Assembly: GCA_902796545.1 (NCBI GenBank)
Contig: CADBPF010000068.1
Span: forward strand, 1 to 41,899
Direction of reading: 5' to 3'
Source of the DNA: an uncultured Ruminococcus sp.
GTDB lineage: Bacteria; Bacillota; Clostridia; Oscillospirales; SIG627
Length of the DNA: 41,899 nucleotides
Positions 19,555 to 28,280 of this stretch are shown one piece after another (position 1 is the stretch's first letter; each line of letters starts with the position of its first letter). The notes below the pieces were generated by a model. It made no database searches. It was not told the DNA's origin and worked only from the letters and a program-made list of their open reading frames with translations. Both the position numbers and the translations under genes were made by a program.

Positions 19555-21390
19555 TTGGCAAATCAGGAAGCGTTCAAAGGATCCGTCTCCGTGACCACGG
19601 AGCATATTTTTCCGATCATCAAGCGTTGGCTTTATTCCGACAAGGAGATCTTTCTACGGGAGATCGTGTCCAACGCGTCCGACGCGATCGTCAAATTCAA
19701 GCGGCTCGTTTCGCTCGGCGAGACCGACGCGCCGGACGCGCCCGGCCGCATCGACGTGGTGCTCGACGCTGAACAGAAAACGATCCGCGTCAGCGACAAC
19801 GGCATCGGGATGACGCGCGACGAGGTGGATCGGTATCTCGTGCAGATCGCCCTGTCCGGCGCCTTGGAGTTTTTAGAGAAATACGAGGGCGAAAACGCCG
19901 CGGAAAGCGGGATCATCGGGCATTTCGGGCTCGGCTTCTATTCCGCGTTCATGGTCGCGGATCGCGTGGAGGTGTTCACGAAATCCCATACCGGCGAGAG
20001 CGCCGTCACCTGGGATTGCAACGAGCTCGGCGCCTATACCATAACGGAGGGCGGCAGAGAAGAGCGCGGCACCACGGTCGTGCTGCACTTAAACGAGGAA
20101 GAGAGCGAGTATCTCAAAGAAGAGCGCCTGCGCGCCATTTTGGAAAAATACTGCGCGTTTCTCGCGTTTCCGATCTATCTTTCCGTCGCGGGGGCGGAGG
20201 CAAAGGGGACGGAGGCAAAGGAAGAAGTCCCCGTCAACGATACCGAGCCGCTCTGGCTCAAAAAACCGGCGGATCTTACGGACAAGGACTACGAGGACTT
20301 TTATCATAAGCTCTTCGGCTACGATTCCGAGCCGCTTTTCTGGATCCACGTCAACGCGGATTACCCCTTGAATTTCCGCGGGGTATTGTATTTCCCGCGC
20401 TTAAAACACGAGTTTGCGTCCATGGAGGGCGAGGTCAAGCTCTATTACAACCGGGTGTTCGTCGCGGACAACGTGCCGGAGATCATCCCGGAGTATCTGT
20501 TGAGCTTGAAAGGCGTTCTGGATTGCCCGGAGCTGCCCTTGAACGTTTCGCGTTCCTTTTTGCAGAACAACGCCTACGTCGGCAAATTATCCGCGCACGT
20601 TTCCAAAAAAGTCTGCGACAAGATCGTGGAGCTTTCCAAAAACGAGCGCGAAAAATACGAAAGCTTTTCGCCCGATCTGAAGCCCTTTTTGGAATACGGC
20701 TCCATGAAGGACGAAAAGTTTTTGGAACGCATCAAGGACGTGGTGCTCTATAAAACCACGAAAAAGACCTTTGTGACCCTGGAAGAATATCTCGACGCCG
20801 CAGGCGAAAAAACCGTGTATTATACGACGGATCCCGTGCGGCAGAGCCGGTTTGTGACCCTGCTTGAAGAGCAGGGCAAGACCGTTTGCGTCCTCGATTC
20901 GATTTTGGACACGCAGTATCTCTCGTTTTTGGAAGCGCGGGATCCGGACCTGAAATTTTTGCGCGTGGACAGCGGCGCCGAGGCGCTTGCGGAAACGGAG
21001 GGCGAAACGGATCACGCCGCCTTGCGCGACGCGTTTTCCGGCATTTTGCCGGAGGGCGTGAAGCTTGCGTTTGCGCATCTGAAAAACGCGGACACCCCCG
21101 CGATCCTCACCTGCCCCGAGGAAAGCCGCCGCATGGCGGATCTGATGCGTCTGTACCGGATGCAAAAGGAAGAGGATCTGCCGCCCGTTCCGAAAAACGA
21201 GGTGCTGACCGTGAACACGATATGCCCCGTTTGCGAGGATCTTTGCGCGATCGCGGATCAGGAAAAGCGCACGCGGCTTGCCAAACAGATTTATTACACC
21301 GCCCTTTTGACCGCCCGCACGCCGGAAAAAGAGGAGCTGGAAGCGTTTTTGGAGAACAATCTGGAACTGATCCGGGACGCGATGGCGTAA
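19555..21390 (+). CDS. htpG: Molecular chaperone HtpG (Hsp90 family), TTG start
   Basis: IFLREIVSNASDA, IGHFGLGFYSAFMVA (GHKL ATPase motifs), 611 aa. AGAGGGA RBS upstream of the TTG at 19555. Confidence 0.93.
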   Translation: MANQEAFKGSVSVTTEHIFPIIKRWLYSDKEIFLREIVSNASDAIVKFKRLVSLGETDAPDAPGRIDVVLDAEQKTIRVSDNGIGMTRDEVDRYLVQIALSGALEFLEKYEGENAAESGIIGHFGLGFYSAFMVADRVEVFTKSHTGESAVTWDCNELGAYTITEGGREERGTTVVLHLNEEESEYLKEERLRAILEKYCAFLAFPIYLSVAGAEAKGTEAKEEVPVNDTEPLWLKKPADLTDKDYEDFYHKLFGYDSEPLFWIHVNADYPLNFRGVLYFPRLKHEFASMEGEVKLYYNRVFVADNVPEIIPEYLLSLKGVLDCPELPLNVSRSFLQNNAYVGKLSAHVSKKVCDKIVELSKNEREKYESFSPDLKPFLEYGSMKDEKFLERIKDVVLYKTTKKTFVTLEEYLDAAGEKTVYYTTDPVRQSRFVTLLEEQGKTVCVLDSILDTQYLSFLEARDPDLKFLRVDSGAEALAETEGETDHAALRDAFSGILPEGVKLAFAHLKNADTPAILTCPEESRRMADLMRLYRMQKEEDLPPVPKNEVLTVNTICPVCEDLCAIADQEKRTRLAKQIYYTALLTARTPEKEELEAFLENNLELIRDAMA

Positions 21391-21405
21391 AAAACAAAAA
21401 ACCTG

Positions 21406-21434
21406 TTTTCAAACTCGCGAAAATATGCTACAAT
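21406..21434 (+). promoter_or_regulatory. Putative sigma-A promoter for cdaA operon (TTTTCA-17 nt-TGcTACAAT, extended -10)
   Basis: -10 TACAAT at 21429-21434 preceded by TG at 21426-21427. The -35 is weak (TTTTCA at 21406-21411). Located in the 72-nt htpG-cdaA gap. Confidence 0.4.
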
Positions 21435-21462
21435 AGCAATATCATCGGTAGAGGAGGATCTT

Positions 21463-22371
21463 ATGGGCTCGATTGCGGACTTTTTTTCCTATCTCGGCAC
21501 CCGGCTTTCCACGATCAGCGTCATCGACGTGATCGATATTCTGATCGTGTCCGTCCTGTTCTACTACGTGATCGTCTTTTTCAGAGACCGCCGGGCGGGG
21601 AAGCTTGCCGTCGGCGTGCTCTTTTTACTGCTCGCGCTGCTGATCAGCACCTTATTGGAAATGCGCGCCACGCAGAGCATTCTGGAAACGATCGTCGGCG
21701 TCGGGGTTTTGGCGCTCATCATCATTTTCCAGCCGGAACTGCGGACGATGCTTGAAAAAATGGGGCGCAATTCGCTGTCCGGCTTAAACCGGCTCGTGGA
21801 TCTGCGCACGGACGATGAAAAACTGAAAGTCTTAAACGAGGTCTGTCTTGCCGCGGGAGAGCTTTCGCAGAGCAAAACGGGCGCGCTGATCGTCATCGAG
21901 CGCAAAACGAAGCTCGGCGACGAGATCCGCACCGGCACCGAACTCAACGCGGACGTTTCCGCGCCCCTGATCCGCAATATCTTCTATAACAAAGCGCCTC
22001 TGCACGACGGCGCCATGATCCTGCGCGGCGGCCGCATCTACGCCGGCGGCTGCTTTCTGCCGCTTTCGGCAAGCACGGAGATCGACCGCAGACTCGGCAC
22101 GCGCCACCGCGCGGCGCTCGGCGTATCCGAGATCAGCGACGCGGTCGTGGTCGTCGTGTCCGAGGAAACGGGCGGCATTTCGATCGCGATCGACGGGAAG
22201 CTCTATCAGGGATTCGATAAATACACCCTGCAAAACCGGCTGTTGCAGATCTTTGAGCTGGACGTGAGCCGCTCGCGCGCGCTCGCCCGCCGCAAGAAAG
22301 AGAAAAAGAACGCGAAAACCGAGGACGCACCGGACGCACCGCAACAGGAGGACGACCGTGAAGGTCTTTGA
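21463..22371 (+). CDS. cdaA: Diadenylate cyclase CdaA (DacA)
   Basis: Three N-terminal TM helices, then a DAC domain with DGAMILRG and GTRHRAALGVSE motifs. GAGGAGG RBS. Confidence 0.95.
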   Translation: MGSIADFFSYLGTRLSTISVIDVIDILIVSVLFYYVIVFFRDRRAGKLAVGVLFLLLALLISTLLEMRATQSILETIVGVGVLALIIIFQPELRTMLEKMGRNSLSGLNRLVDLRTDDEKLKVLNEVCLAAGELSQSKTGALIVIERKTKLGDEIRTGTELNADVSAPLIRNIFYNKAPLHDGAMILRGGRIYAGGCFLPLSASTEIDRRLGTRHRAALGVSEISDAVVVVVSEETGGISIAIDGKLYQGFDKYTLQNRLLQIFELDVSRSRALARRKKEKKNAKTEDAPDAPQQEDDREGL

Positions 22372-23620
22372 TCGTATCGAAACCGATCCGGAAAAAAAGC
22401 GCCGCGAAAGCCGCTTGTTCCGGCCGCTGATCGCGGTCTTGTCTTTGATTTTGGGCTTTGCCTTCTGGTCTTACGTCGCGATCTCCGACAACCCGAACAA
22501 CACGCGCATCTTTTCCTCGATCCCCGTGAAATTCGAGAATCTCAACGTGTCCGGCTATACGATCCTGTCCGGTTCGGACGTGAACGCGGACGTGACGATC
22601 TCCGGCCGGCGCAACGAATTGAGCCGGCTTGACGACGAGGACTTTTCCCTCTCCGTGGATCTGTCCGACGTGACCGTCGCCGGGAACTACTTAAAAGAAG
22701 TGCGCGTCAGCGGTCTGCCCTCCGGGATGGAGATGATCACCTGCTCGCCGCGCTATATCTCCGTGGATATCGACGTGGAAAAGACCGTTTCCGTGCCGGT
22801 TTTGGAGCCGGAGGAAACCTATACGCTCAAAGAGGGCGTGCGCATCCGCCGCGCCTTCTCGCAGGATTCCGTATCCGTCAAAGGCCCGCAGCAGGTGCTG
22901 GATACCATCGTGGGCATCCGCCCCGTGCTGGACTTGGGCGAGCTGACGGAGGACGTCGTCAAGACCGTGAATCTGCGCTTTGTGGACGCGAACGGCAACG
23001 AGGTCACCAACCGTTACCTCGTTCCGGCGCAGAACACGTTGAGCATCAGCTATACGCTGTATAAAGAAAAGACCGTGCCCTTGATGCTCAACGTCGAGAC
23101 CGTGTTGAGCTCGGAGCGCGTCACGCAGACCGTCACGCCCTCCACGATCACGGTCCAGGGTCCGCCCAATCAGATCGACGATCTCGAACAGATCTGGGCG
23201 CGCACCGTGTCCACCGCGGAGATGAGAAGCGAGGAGAACACCTATACCGGCACGGTGATCCTGCCCGAGGGACTGGAAGCGGCGGGCACGACCACCTATA
23301 CCGCGATCGCGCGTTTGAGCGGCGTCAACTCCAAGACCGTCACTCTGCCGTTAGATGCTTCCTACGTGGAGATCACGGGTCTTGCAAGCGGACTTTCCTT
23401 GAATTTGGAAAGCGAGAGCGTGAACGTGACCGTGCGCGCGGCAAACGGCAATTTGAGCCGCGTGAGCGCGTCAAGCCTCGGCGCCGTACTCGATCTTTCG
23501 GGCTATACCGAGGCGGGCTCTTATACCGTCGATCTGGAATTCAACGTGTCCGACGAATGGAAAAACGTGTTCTACGTCGTCGGTACGGCAAGCGTGGATC
23601 TGACGCTTGGCGCCTCATGA
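22358..23620 (+). CDS. cdaR: CdaA regulatory protein CdaR (YbbR-domain repeats), GTG start
   Basis: Single N-terminal TM helix followed by repeated YbbR-like beta-rich modules. Conserved position directly after cdaA. AGGAGG RBS upstream of the GTG. Confidence 0.85.
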   Translation: MKVFDRIETDPEKKRRESRLFRPLIAVLSLILGFAFWSYVAISDNPNNTRIFSSIPVKFENLNVSGYTILSGSDVNADVTISGRRNELSRLDDEDFSLSVDLSDVTVAGNYLKEVRVSGLPSGMEMITCSPRYISVDIDVEKTVSVPVLEPEETYTLKEGVRIRRAFSQDSVSVKGPQQVLDTIVGIRPVLDLGELTEDVVKTVNLRFVDANGNEVTNRYLVPAQNTLSISYTLYKEKTVPLMLNVETVLSSERVTQTVTPSTITVQGPPNQIDDLEQIWARTVSTAEMRSEENTYTGTVILPEGLEAAGTTTYTAIARLSGVNSKTVTLPLDASYVEITGLASGLSLNLESESVNVTVRAANGNLSRVSASSLGAVLDLSGYTEAGSYTVDLEFNVSDEWKNVFYVVGTASVDLTLGAS

Positions 23621-24054
23621 TCCTGCGCGGGATCGTTTCGGAAATAAACGGCGATAAGGTTCTGGTCGCCCTGGAAAGCGCCCCCTGCGAGGGGTGCCGG
23701 ACGCCCTGTGCCGCCTGCGTGCAGACGGGAAAGCCGCGCTTTGCTTCGGTCCCAAACACCGTCGGCGCGCGCGTCGGCGATCCGGTGCGCTTGGAATGTA
23801 AGGACAAAAGCGTTTTGCTTTCCGGCGTTTTGCTGTTTCTCTTCCCGCTGATCGCGGGGATCGTCGCGGTGCTTTGCACGCTTTTTTTGGGCGAGGCGAC
23901 GGCGGCGCTGATCGGCGCGGCGGCGCTTGCGATATGCTTTGTGCTTGCCACGATCGTTTTATCGTTTTACAGACGTAAATCGGGAAACGCGCTGACCCTG
24001 CTTCCCTTAAGATCCGATCCGCCGGAAGACGAGAATTCACTTGACAAACGTTAG
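23617..24054 (+). CDS. RseC/MucC-family (SoxR-reducing-system-like) small membrane protein
   Basis: ATG at 23617 (ATGA overlap with the cdaR stop) gives MILRGIVSEINGDKVLVALESAPCEGCRTPCAAC, followed by two TM helices. This is the typical RseC_MucC layout. Confidence 0.7.
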   Translation: MILRGIVSEINGDKVLVALESAPCEGCRTPCAACVQTGKPRFASVPNTVGARVGDPVRLECKDKSVLLSGVLLFLFPLIAGIVAVLCTLFLGEATAALIGAAALAICFVLATIVLSFYRRKSGNALTLLPLRSDPPEDENSLDKR

Positions 24055-24069
24055 GCGCTTGTGTATAAT
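24041..24069 (+). promoter_or_regulatory. Consensus sigma-A promoter (TTGACA-17 nt-TATAAT) for yceD-rpmF
   Basis: Perfect TTGACA at 24041-24046, 17-nt spacer, perfect TATAAT at 24064-24069. About 35 nt upstream of AAGGAG plus the ATG at 24103. Confidence 0.7.
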
Positions 24070-24102
24070 ATCTTGCACGCGCCGCAAAAAGGAGAATCCG
24101 GA

Positions 24103-24627
24103 ATGGCACACGGCGCGGGCGCGAGTATCTTCTTTCTGGAAGAATTGTATCACGCGAAGGATCAAAGGCTTGTCTTTGAGCGCGAGCTTGCGACCGGCTT
24201 TTGTGAAGACGGCGTGAGTGAAAGCGCCCCGGCGCGGATCTCGGGATCGCTTACGGACTATTCCGGCGAGATCCAGTTTCGCGCGGCCGTGCGGTTTTTC
24301 TACCAAACGGTCTGCGACCGTTGCTTGAAGCCGATCGAGGGCGTTTTGGAGTTTTCGATCGACGCGCCCGTCGTCACGGATCCCGCAAAACGGGAAGAAG
24401 CGGAAGGCGAAACGGTCGTGGCGGAAAACGAGGCGCTCGACTTGTGCGAGATCATCCGTTACGGCGTGCGGGAATATCTCCCCGCCAAACGGGTTTGTTC
24501 CATGACCTGCAAGGGGCTTTGTCCCACTTGCGGCGCCGATCTGAACGAGGGCAAATGCTCCTGTAAAAAGCCCGTCGATCCGCGCTTGGAAGGTCTGAAA
24601 GAGTTTTTTAACGAGTCAAACGATTAA
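24103..24627 (+). CDS. yceD: YceD/DUF177 family 23S rRNA accumulation protein
   Basis: Conserved position directly upstream of rpmF. C-terminal Cys cluster (CKGLCPTCGADLNEGKCSC). The ATG at 24103 has an AAAGGAG RBS. The GTG at 24061 lies inside the promoter -10 region. Confidence 0.85.
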   Translation: MAHGAGASIFFLEELYHAKDQRLVFERELATGFCEDGVSESAPARISGSLTDYSGEIQFRAAVRFFYQTVCDRCLKPIEGVLEFSIDAPVVTDPAKREEAEGETVVAENEALDLCEIIRYGVREYLPAKRVCSMTCKGLCPTCGADLNEGKCSCKKPVDPRLEGLKEFFNESND

Positions 24628-24644
24628 GGAGGTGTAACCATACC

Positions 24645-24830
24645 ATGGCAGTACCGAAGAGAAAAACCTCGGCACAGAGGAAACATAAACGTCGTTCCAG
24701 CGTCTGGAAGCTGTCTGCTCCCACCCTGACGGCTTGCCCGAAATGCGGGGAAAAGATCTTGCCCCATCACGTATGCGAGCATTGCGGCAATTATGATGGC
24801 AGGGAAGTCATCGCCGTCGAGGAAAAATAA
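24645..24830 (+). CDS. rpmF: 50S ribosomal protein L32
   Basis: MAVPKRKTSAQRKHKRRS, plus CxxC...CxxC zinc ribbon (CPKCGEK...CEHCG). Confidence 0.97.
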   Translation: MAVPKRKTSAQRKHKRRSSVWKLSAPTLTACPKCGEKILPHHVCEHCGNYDGREVIAVEEK

Positions 24831-24846
24831 GGATCCGTTTGTGCTT

Positions 24847-24908
24847 AAAAAAGATATGTCATACTTGGTGGCGTAAGCGACCCGGGTGAGATATCTTTTT
24901 TCGTTTTT
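24847..24908 (+). terminator. Putative rho-independent terminator after rpmF
   Basis: A-rich arm AAAAAAGATAT (24847-24857) pairs with ATATCTTTTTT (24891-24901). It encloses an inner GGTGGC-GTAA-GCGACC hairpin and runs into TTTTTTCGTTTTT. Confidence 0.4.
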
Positions 24909-24925
24909 GGAGTAGAGTTTGTCGG

Positions 24926-26233
24926 ATGGTTACGATCAGTTCGGTCCTGCCGGGATCCCCGGCTGAAAAAGCGGGCGTGCGCGCACACGATCAGCTTGTG
25001 ATGATCAACGCGAGCACGATCACCGACGTGCTGGATTATCAGTTTTATCTGACGGATCCCGTGCTCGATCTGTCCTTGCTGCGCTCCGGGCGCCCCTTGA
25101 CCGTGCGGATCGAAAAAGAGGAATACGAGGATATCGGGCTTGAGTTCGATACCTTTTTGATGGACCGTCAGCGCTCTTGCGAAAACCATTGCGTGTTCTG
25201 CTTTATCGACCAGAATCCCTCGGGGATGCGGGAAAGCGTCTATTTCAAAGACGACGATACGCGACTGTCTTTTTTGCACGGCAATTACGTTACGCTCACC
25301 AACTGCGACGAAAACGAATTGGAGCGCATCGCGCGCTTAAGGCTTTCCCCCGTCAACGTGTCGGTCCACGCGACCGAGCCGGAGCTGCGCGCGCTTTTGT
25401 TGCAAAACGATTCGGCGGGCAGGATCCTGGAACAATTAAGGTTTCTGGCAAGCCGCGGGATCGCGCTCAACTGCCAGATCGTGCTTTGCCGCGGGATCAA
25501 CGACGGCGGGCACTTGACCCGCACGCTCACGGACCTTTCCGCGATCGGGGACGCGATTTTAAGTATCGCCGTCGTCCCGGCGGGGCTCACCATGCACCGC
25601 GAGGGCTTGTTTCACTTGCGGGATTACGACGAAGAGTCCGCGGGGGAAGTGATCGATTTGGTCGATTCCTTTGAAAGGCGGCGCAAAAATCCGTCGTCCG
25701 GCAGGCTTTGCTTCTGCGCCGACGAATTCTATCTGCGCGCGCGCAGACCTTTGCCGGGACGGGACTATTACGGGGATTATCCCCAGCTTGATAACGGCGT
25801 CGGGCTCCTGCGCGCCCTGGAAGAGGACGTGGAAGAGGAGCTTGCCCGGCGCCGAAACGAGCCGTATGAAAAAAAGAATTATCTCCTGCTCACCGGCACC
25901 GCCGCCGCGCCGTTTTTCGAGAGCTTAACGCAAAAAATCGTCGCGGCTCTGCCCGGCGTGCGCTGCAGCGTCTGCGCCGTGGAGAACCGTTTTTACGGAA
26001 AAAGCGTCACCGTGGCGGGACTGCTCACGGGCAGCGATTATCTTGCCGCGGTGCGGGATCTGGATCTTTTGGAGTTCGACGCGATCCTGCTTTCCGCCTC
26101 GTCGCTTCGCTATGAACGCGACCTGTTTTTGGACGGCATGAGTTTAACGGAACTGAAAAACCGCATCGGTCTGCCGATCATTCCCGTGGAGGGCAGAGGC
26201 GACCTTGCGGTCAAACTGATGGGAGGACATTGA
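24926..26233 (+). CDS. DUF512 / PDZ-domain radical-SAM-like protein
   Basis: N-terminal PDZ (ISSVLPGSPAEKAGV), Cys cluster CENHCVFCF, C-terminal DUF512-like region. Position upstream of der is typical in Clostridia. Confidence 0.75.
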   Translation: MVTISSVLPGSPAEKAGVRAHDQLVMINASTITDVLDYQFYLTDPVLDLSLLRSGRPLTVRIEKEEYEDIGLEFDTFLMDRQRSCENHCVFCFIDQNPSGMRESVYFKDDDTRLSFLHGNYVTLTNCDENELERIARLRLSPVNVSVHATEPELRALLLQNDSAGRILEQLRFLASRGIALNCQIVLCRGINDGGHLTRTLTDLSAIGDAILSIAVVPAGLTMHREGLFHLRDYDEESAGEVIDLVDSFERRRKNPSSGRLCFCADEFYLRARRPLPGRDYYGDYPQLDNGVGLLRALEEDVEEELARRRNEPYEKKNYLLLTGTAAAPFFESLTQKIVAALPGVRCSVCAVENRFYGKSVTVAGLLTGSDYLAAVRDLDLLEFDAILLSASSLRYERDLFLDGMSLTELKNRIGLPIIPVEGRGDLAVKLMGGH

Positions 26234-27564
26234 TGGCGTTACCGGTAGTCGCGGTGGTCGGACGGCCGAACGTGGGCAAAAGCACCCTGTTCAACAAGCT
26301 CTGCGGAGAGCGTATCTCGATCGTGGAGGACGTGCCCGGGGTCACCCGCGACCGCATCTATTCCACCTGCGAGTGGAACGGCAGGAAAATGCTGCTCGTC
26401 GATACCGGCGGTCTGGAGCCGCAGGAAAAAGACCCGATCCACGCGCACATCCGCACCCAGGTCGGGATCGCGGTCGAGACCGCGGACGTGATCGTGTTTT
26501 TAACGGACGTGACGACCGGCCCCGTCGCGGCGGACCGCGAGATCGCGCAGTATCTGAAACGCAGCCGCAAGCCCGTGGTGCTCGCGGTCAACAAGGTGGA
26601 TTCCGTGGGGAATCCGCCCCCGGAGTTTTACGAGTTTTACGAGCTCGGCGCGGAACACGGGCCCTTTGCCGTTTCCGGCATCCACGGAACGGGCAGCGGG
26701 GACGTGCTCGATTGCGTCGTTTCGCTTCTGCCCGAGGCGGAAAACGAGGAGGAGGACGCGGATCGCGTGCGCGTGTGCGTGATCGGCAAACCGAACGCCG
26801 GAAAAAGCTCGCTTGTCAACAGGATCCTCGGCGAGGAGCGCATGATCGTCTCCGAGGTCCCCGGGACCACGCGGGACGCGGTGGATACCGAGATCGACAA
26901 CGAATACGGCAAGTTCACCTTCATCGATACCGCGGGCATCCGCCGTCAGAGCAAGGTGGAGGATAAGGTCGAGCGTTACAGCGTGTTGCGCGCGCGCCTT
27001 GCCGTGGAACGCAGCGACGTGTGCGTTCTGATGGTGGACGCGACCGAAAAGGTCACCTTCCAGGACGAGCGCATCGCGGGCATCGCGCACGAAAGCGGCA
27101 AGCCCACGATCATCGTGCTCAATAAATGGGACCTCGTGGAAAAGGACACGAACACGCAAAAAGCCTTTGCCGAGGATACCCGCAAGGCGCTTGCGTATAT
27201 GACCTACGCGCCGATCCTCTTTCTTTCGGCAAAGACCGGACAGCGGGTGGATAAACTGTTCGGGCTCATTTTGAAGGTCTATGCCGCGAGCCGCCTGCGC
27301 GTGCCCACGGGACTCATTAACGATATGCTTGCCGACGCCGTCGCGCGCGTCCAGCCGCCCACGGACAAGGGCAAGCGGCTGAAGCTCTATTACATGACGG
27401 AGGCCAGCGTTTGCCCGCCGACCTTCGTCGTGTTCTGCAACAGCGAAAAGCTGTTCCATTTTTCCTATCGGCGCTATCTGGAAAATTATATCCGCGAGAC
27501 CTTTGATTTCGAAGGCACCCCGATCCGGCTGACCGTTCGGGAGCGCGGGGAGGAGGAGCGATGA
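26233..27564 (+). CDS. der: Ribosome biogenesis GTPase Der (EngA)
   Basis: Two tandem G domains (GRPNVGKST and GKPNAGKSS Walker A, DTGG/DTAG, NKVD/NKWD) plus a KH-like C-terminus. The ATG at 26233 is 5 nt after GGGAGGA. The TTG at 26230 in the ORF track is too close to the RBS. Confidence 0.95.
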   Translation: MALPVVAVVGRPNVGKSTLFNKLCGERISIVEDVPGVTRDRIYSTCEWNGRKMLLVDTGGLEPQEKDPIHAHIRTQVGIAVETADVIVFLTDVTTGPVAADREIAQYLKRSRKPVVLAVNKVDSVGNPPPEFYEFYELGAEHGPFAVSGIHGTGSGDVLDCVVSLLPEAENEEEDADRVRVCVIGKPNAGKSSLVNRILGEERMIVSEVPGTTRDAVDTEIDNEYGKFTFIDTAGIRRQSKVEDKVERYSVLRARLAVERSDVCVLMVDATEKVTFQDERIAGIAHESGKPTIIVLNKWDLVEKDTNTQKAFAEDTRKALAYMTYAPILFLSAKTGQRVDKLFGLILKVYAASRLRVPTGLINDMLADAVARVQPPTDKGKRLKLYYMTEASVCPPTFVVFCNSEKLFHFSYRRYLENYIRETFDFEGTPIRLTVRERGEEER

Positions 27565-28277
27565 ACTTTCTCTTACACGGTTTCGGCGCGATCCCGTTTT
27601 TTGTCAACGGGTTGTTCGGCGCGGACACGGAATTCGGTCTGCAGGTGCTCGCCTGCTTTGCCGTGATTCTGATCGCGTATCTGCTCGGCAGTATCAATTC
27701 CTCGGTGATCGCCTCCAGAGCGATCTTTTCCAAGGATATCCGGGACAGCGGCAGCGGCAACGCGGGGCTGACCAATATGTACCGCGTGTACGGCGCGCGC
27801 GGCGCGGTGTGGACGCTTTTGGGCGATCTTTTGAAAAGCATCGTCGCCGTGCTCTGCGGGATGGCGCTCATGGGCTACGCCTACGGCGGGCATCTGGCGA
27901 TCCTGTTCTGCGTGCTCGGGCACGCCTATCCCTGTTATTTCCGGTTTCGCGGCGGCAAGGGCGTGTTGTCCGCGGCGGCGTGCATTTTCTGTTTAAGCCC
28001 GATCACGTTTCTGATTCTGATCGCGCTGTTTCTTCTGATGGTGCTTGCCACGAAATACGTTTCCGTCGGCTCGATCACGGCGGCGTTTTTCTACCCGCTG
28101 ATCTACCGCGCCTTTTGCCCGGGACTGCCCTTTTTGAGCGTGTCCTCCTCGATTTTGACCTGTCTTTTGGTGATCTTCTGGCACCGGGCAAACGTGAAGC
28201 GCCTGATCGCCGGCACCGAGCATAAATTCGGCGAAAAGAAGGATCCGGACCCGAAATCAAAACAAAAAAAGGACTGA
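27561..28277 (+). CDS. plsY: Glycerol-3-phosphate acyltransferase PlsY
   Basis: GSGNAGLTN and GHAYPCYFRFRGGKGV motifs, multi-TM. ATGA overlap with der. Confidence 0.92.
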   Translation: MNFLLHGFGAIPFFVNGLFGADTEFGLQVLACFAVILIAYLLGSINSSVIASRAIFSKDIRDSGSGNAGLTNMYRVYGARGAVWTLLGDLLKSIVAVLCGMALMGYAYGGHLAILFCVLGHAYPCYFRFRGGKGVLSAAACIFCLSPITFLILIALFLLMVLATKYVSVGSITAAFFYPLIYRAFCPGLPFLSVSSSILTCLLVIFWHRANVKRLIAGTEHKFGEKKDPDPKSKQKKD

Positions 28278-28280
28278 ATC

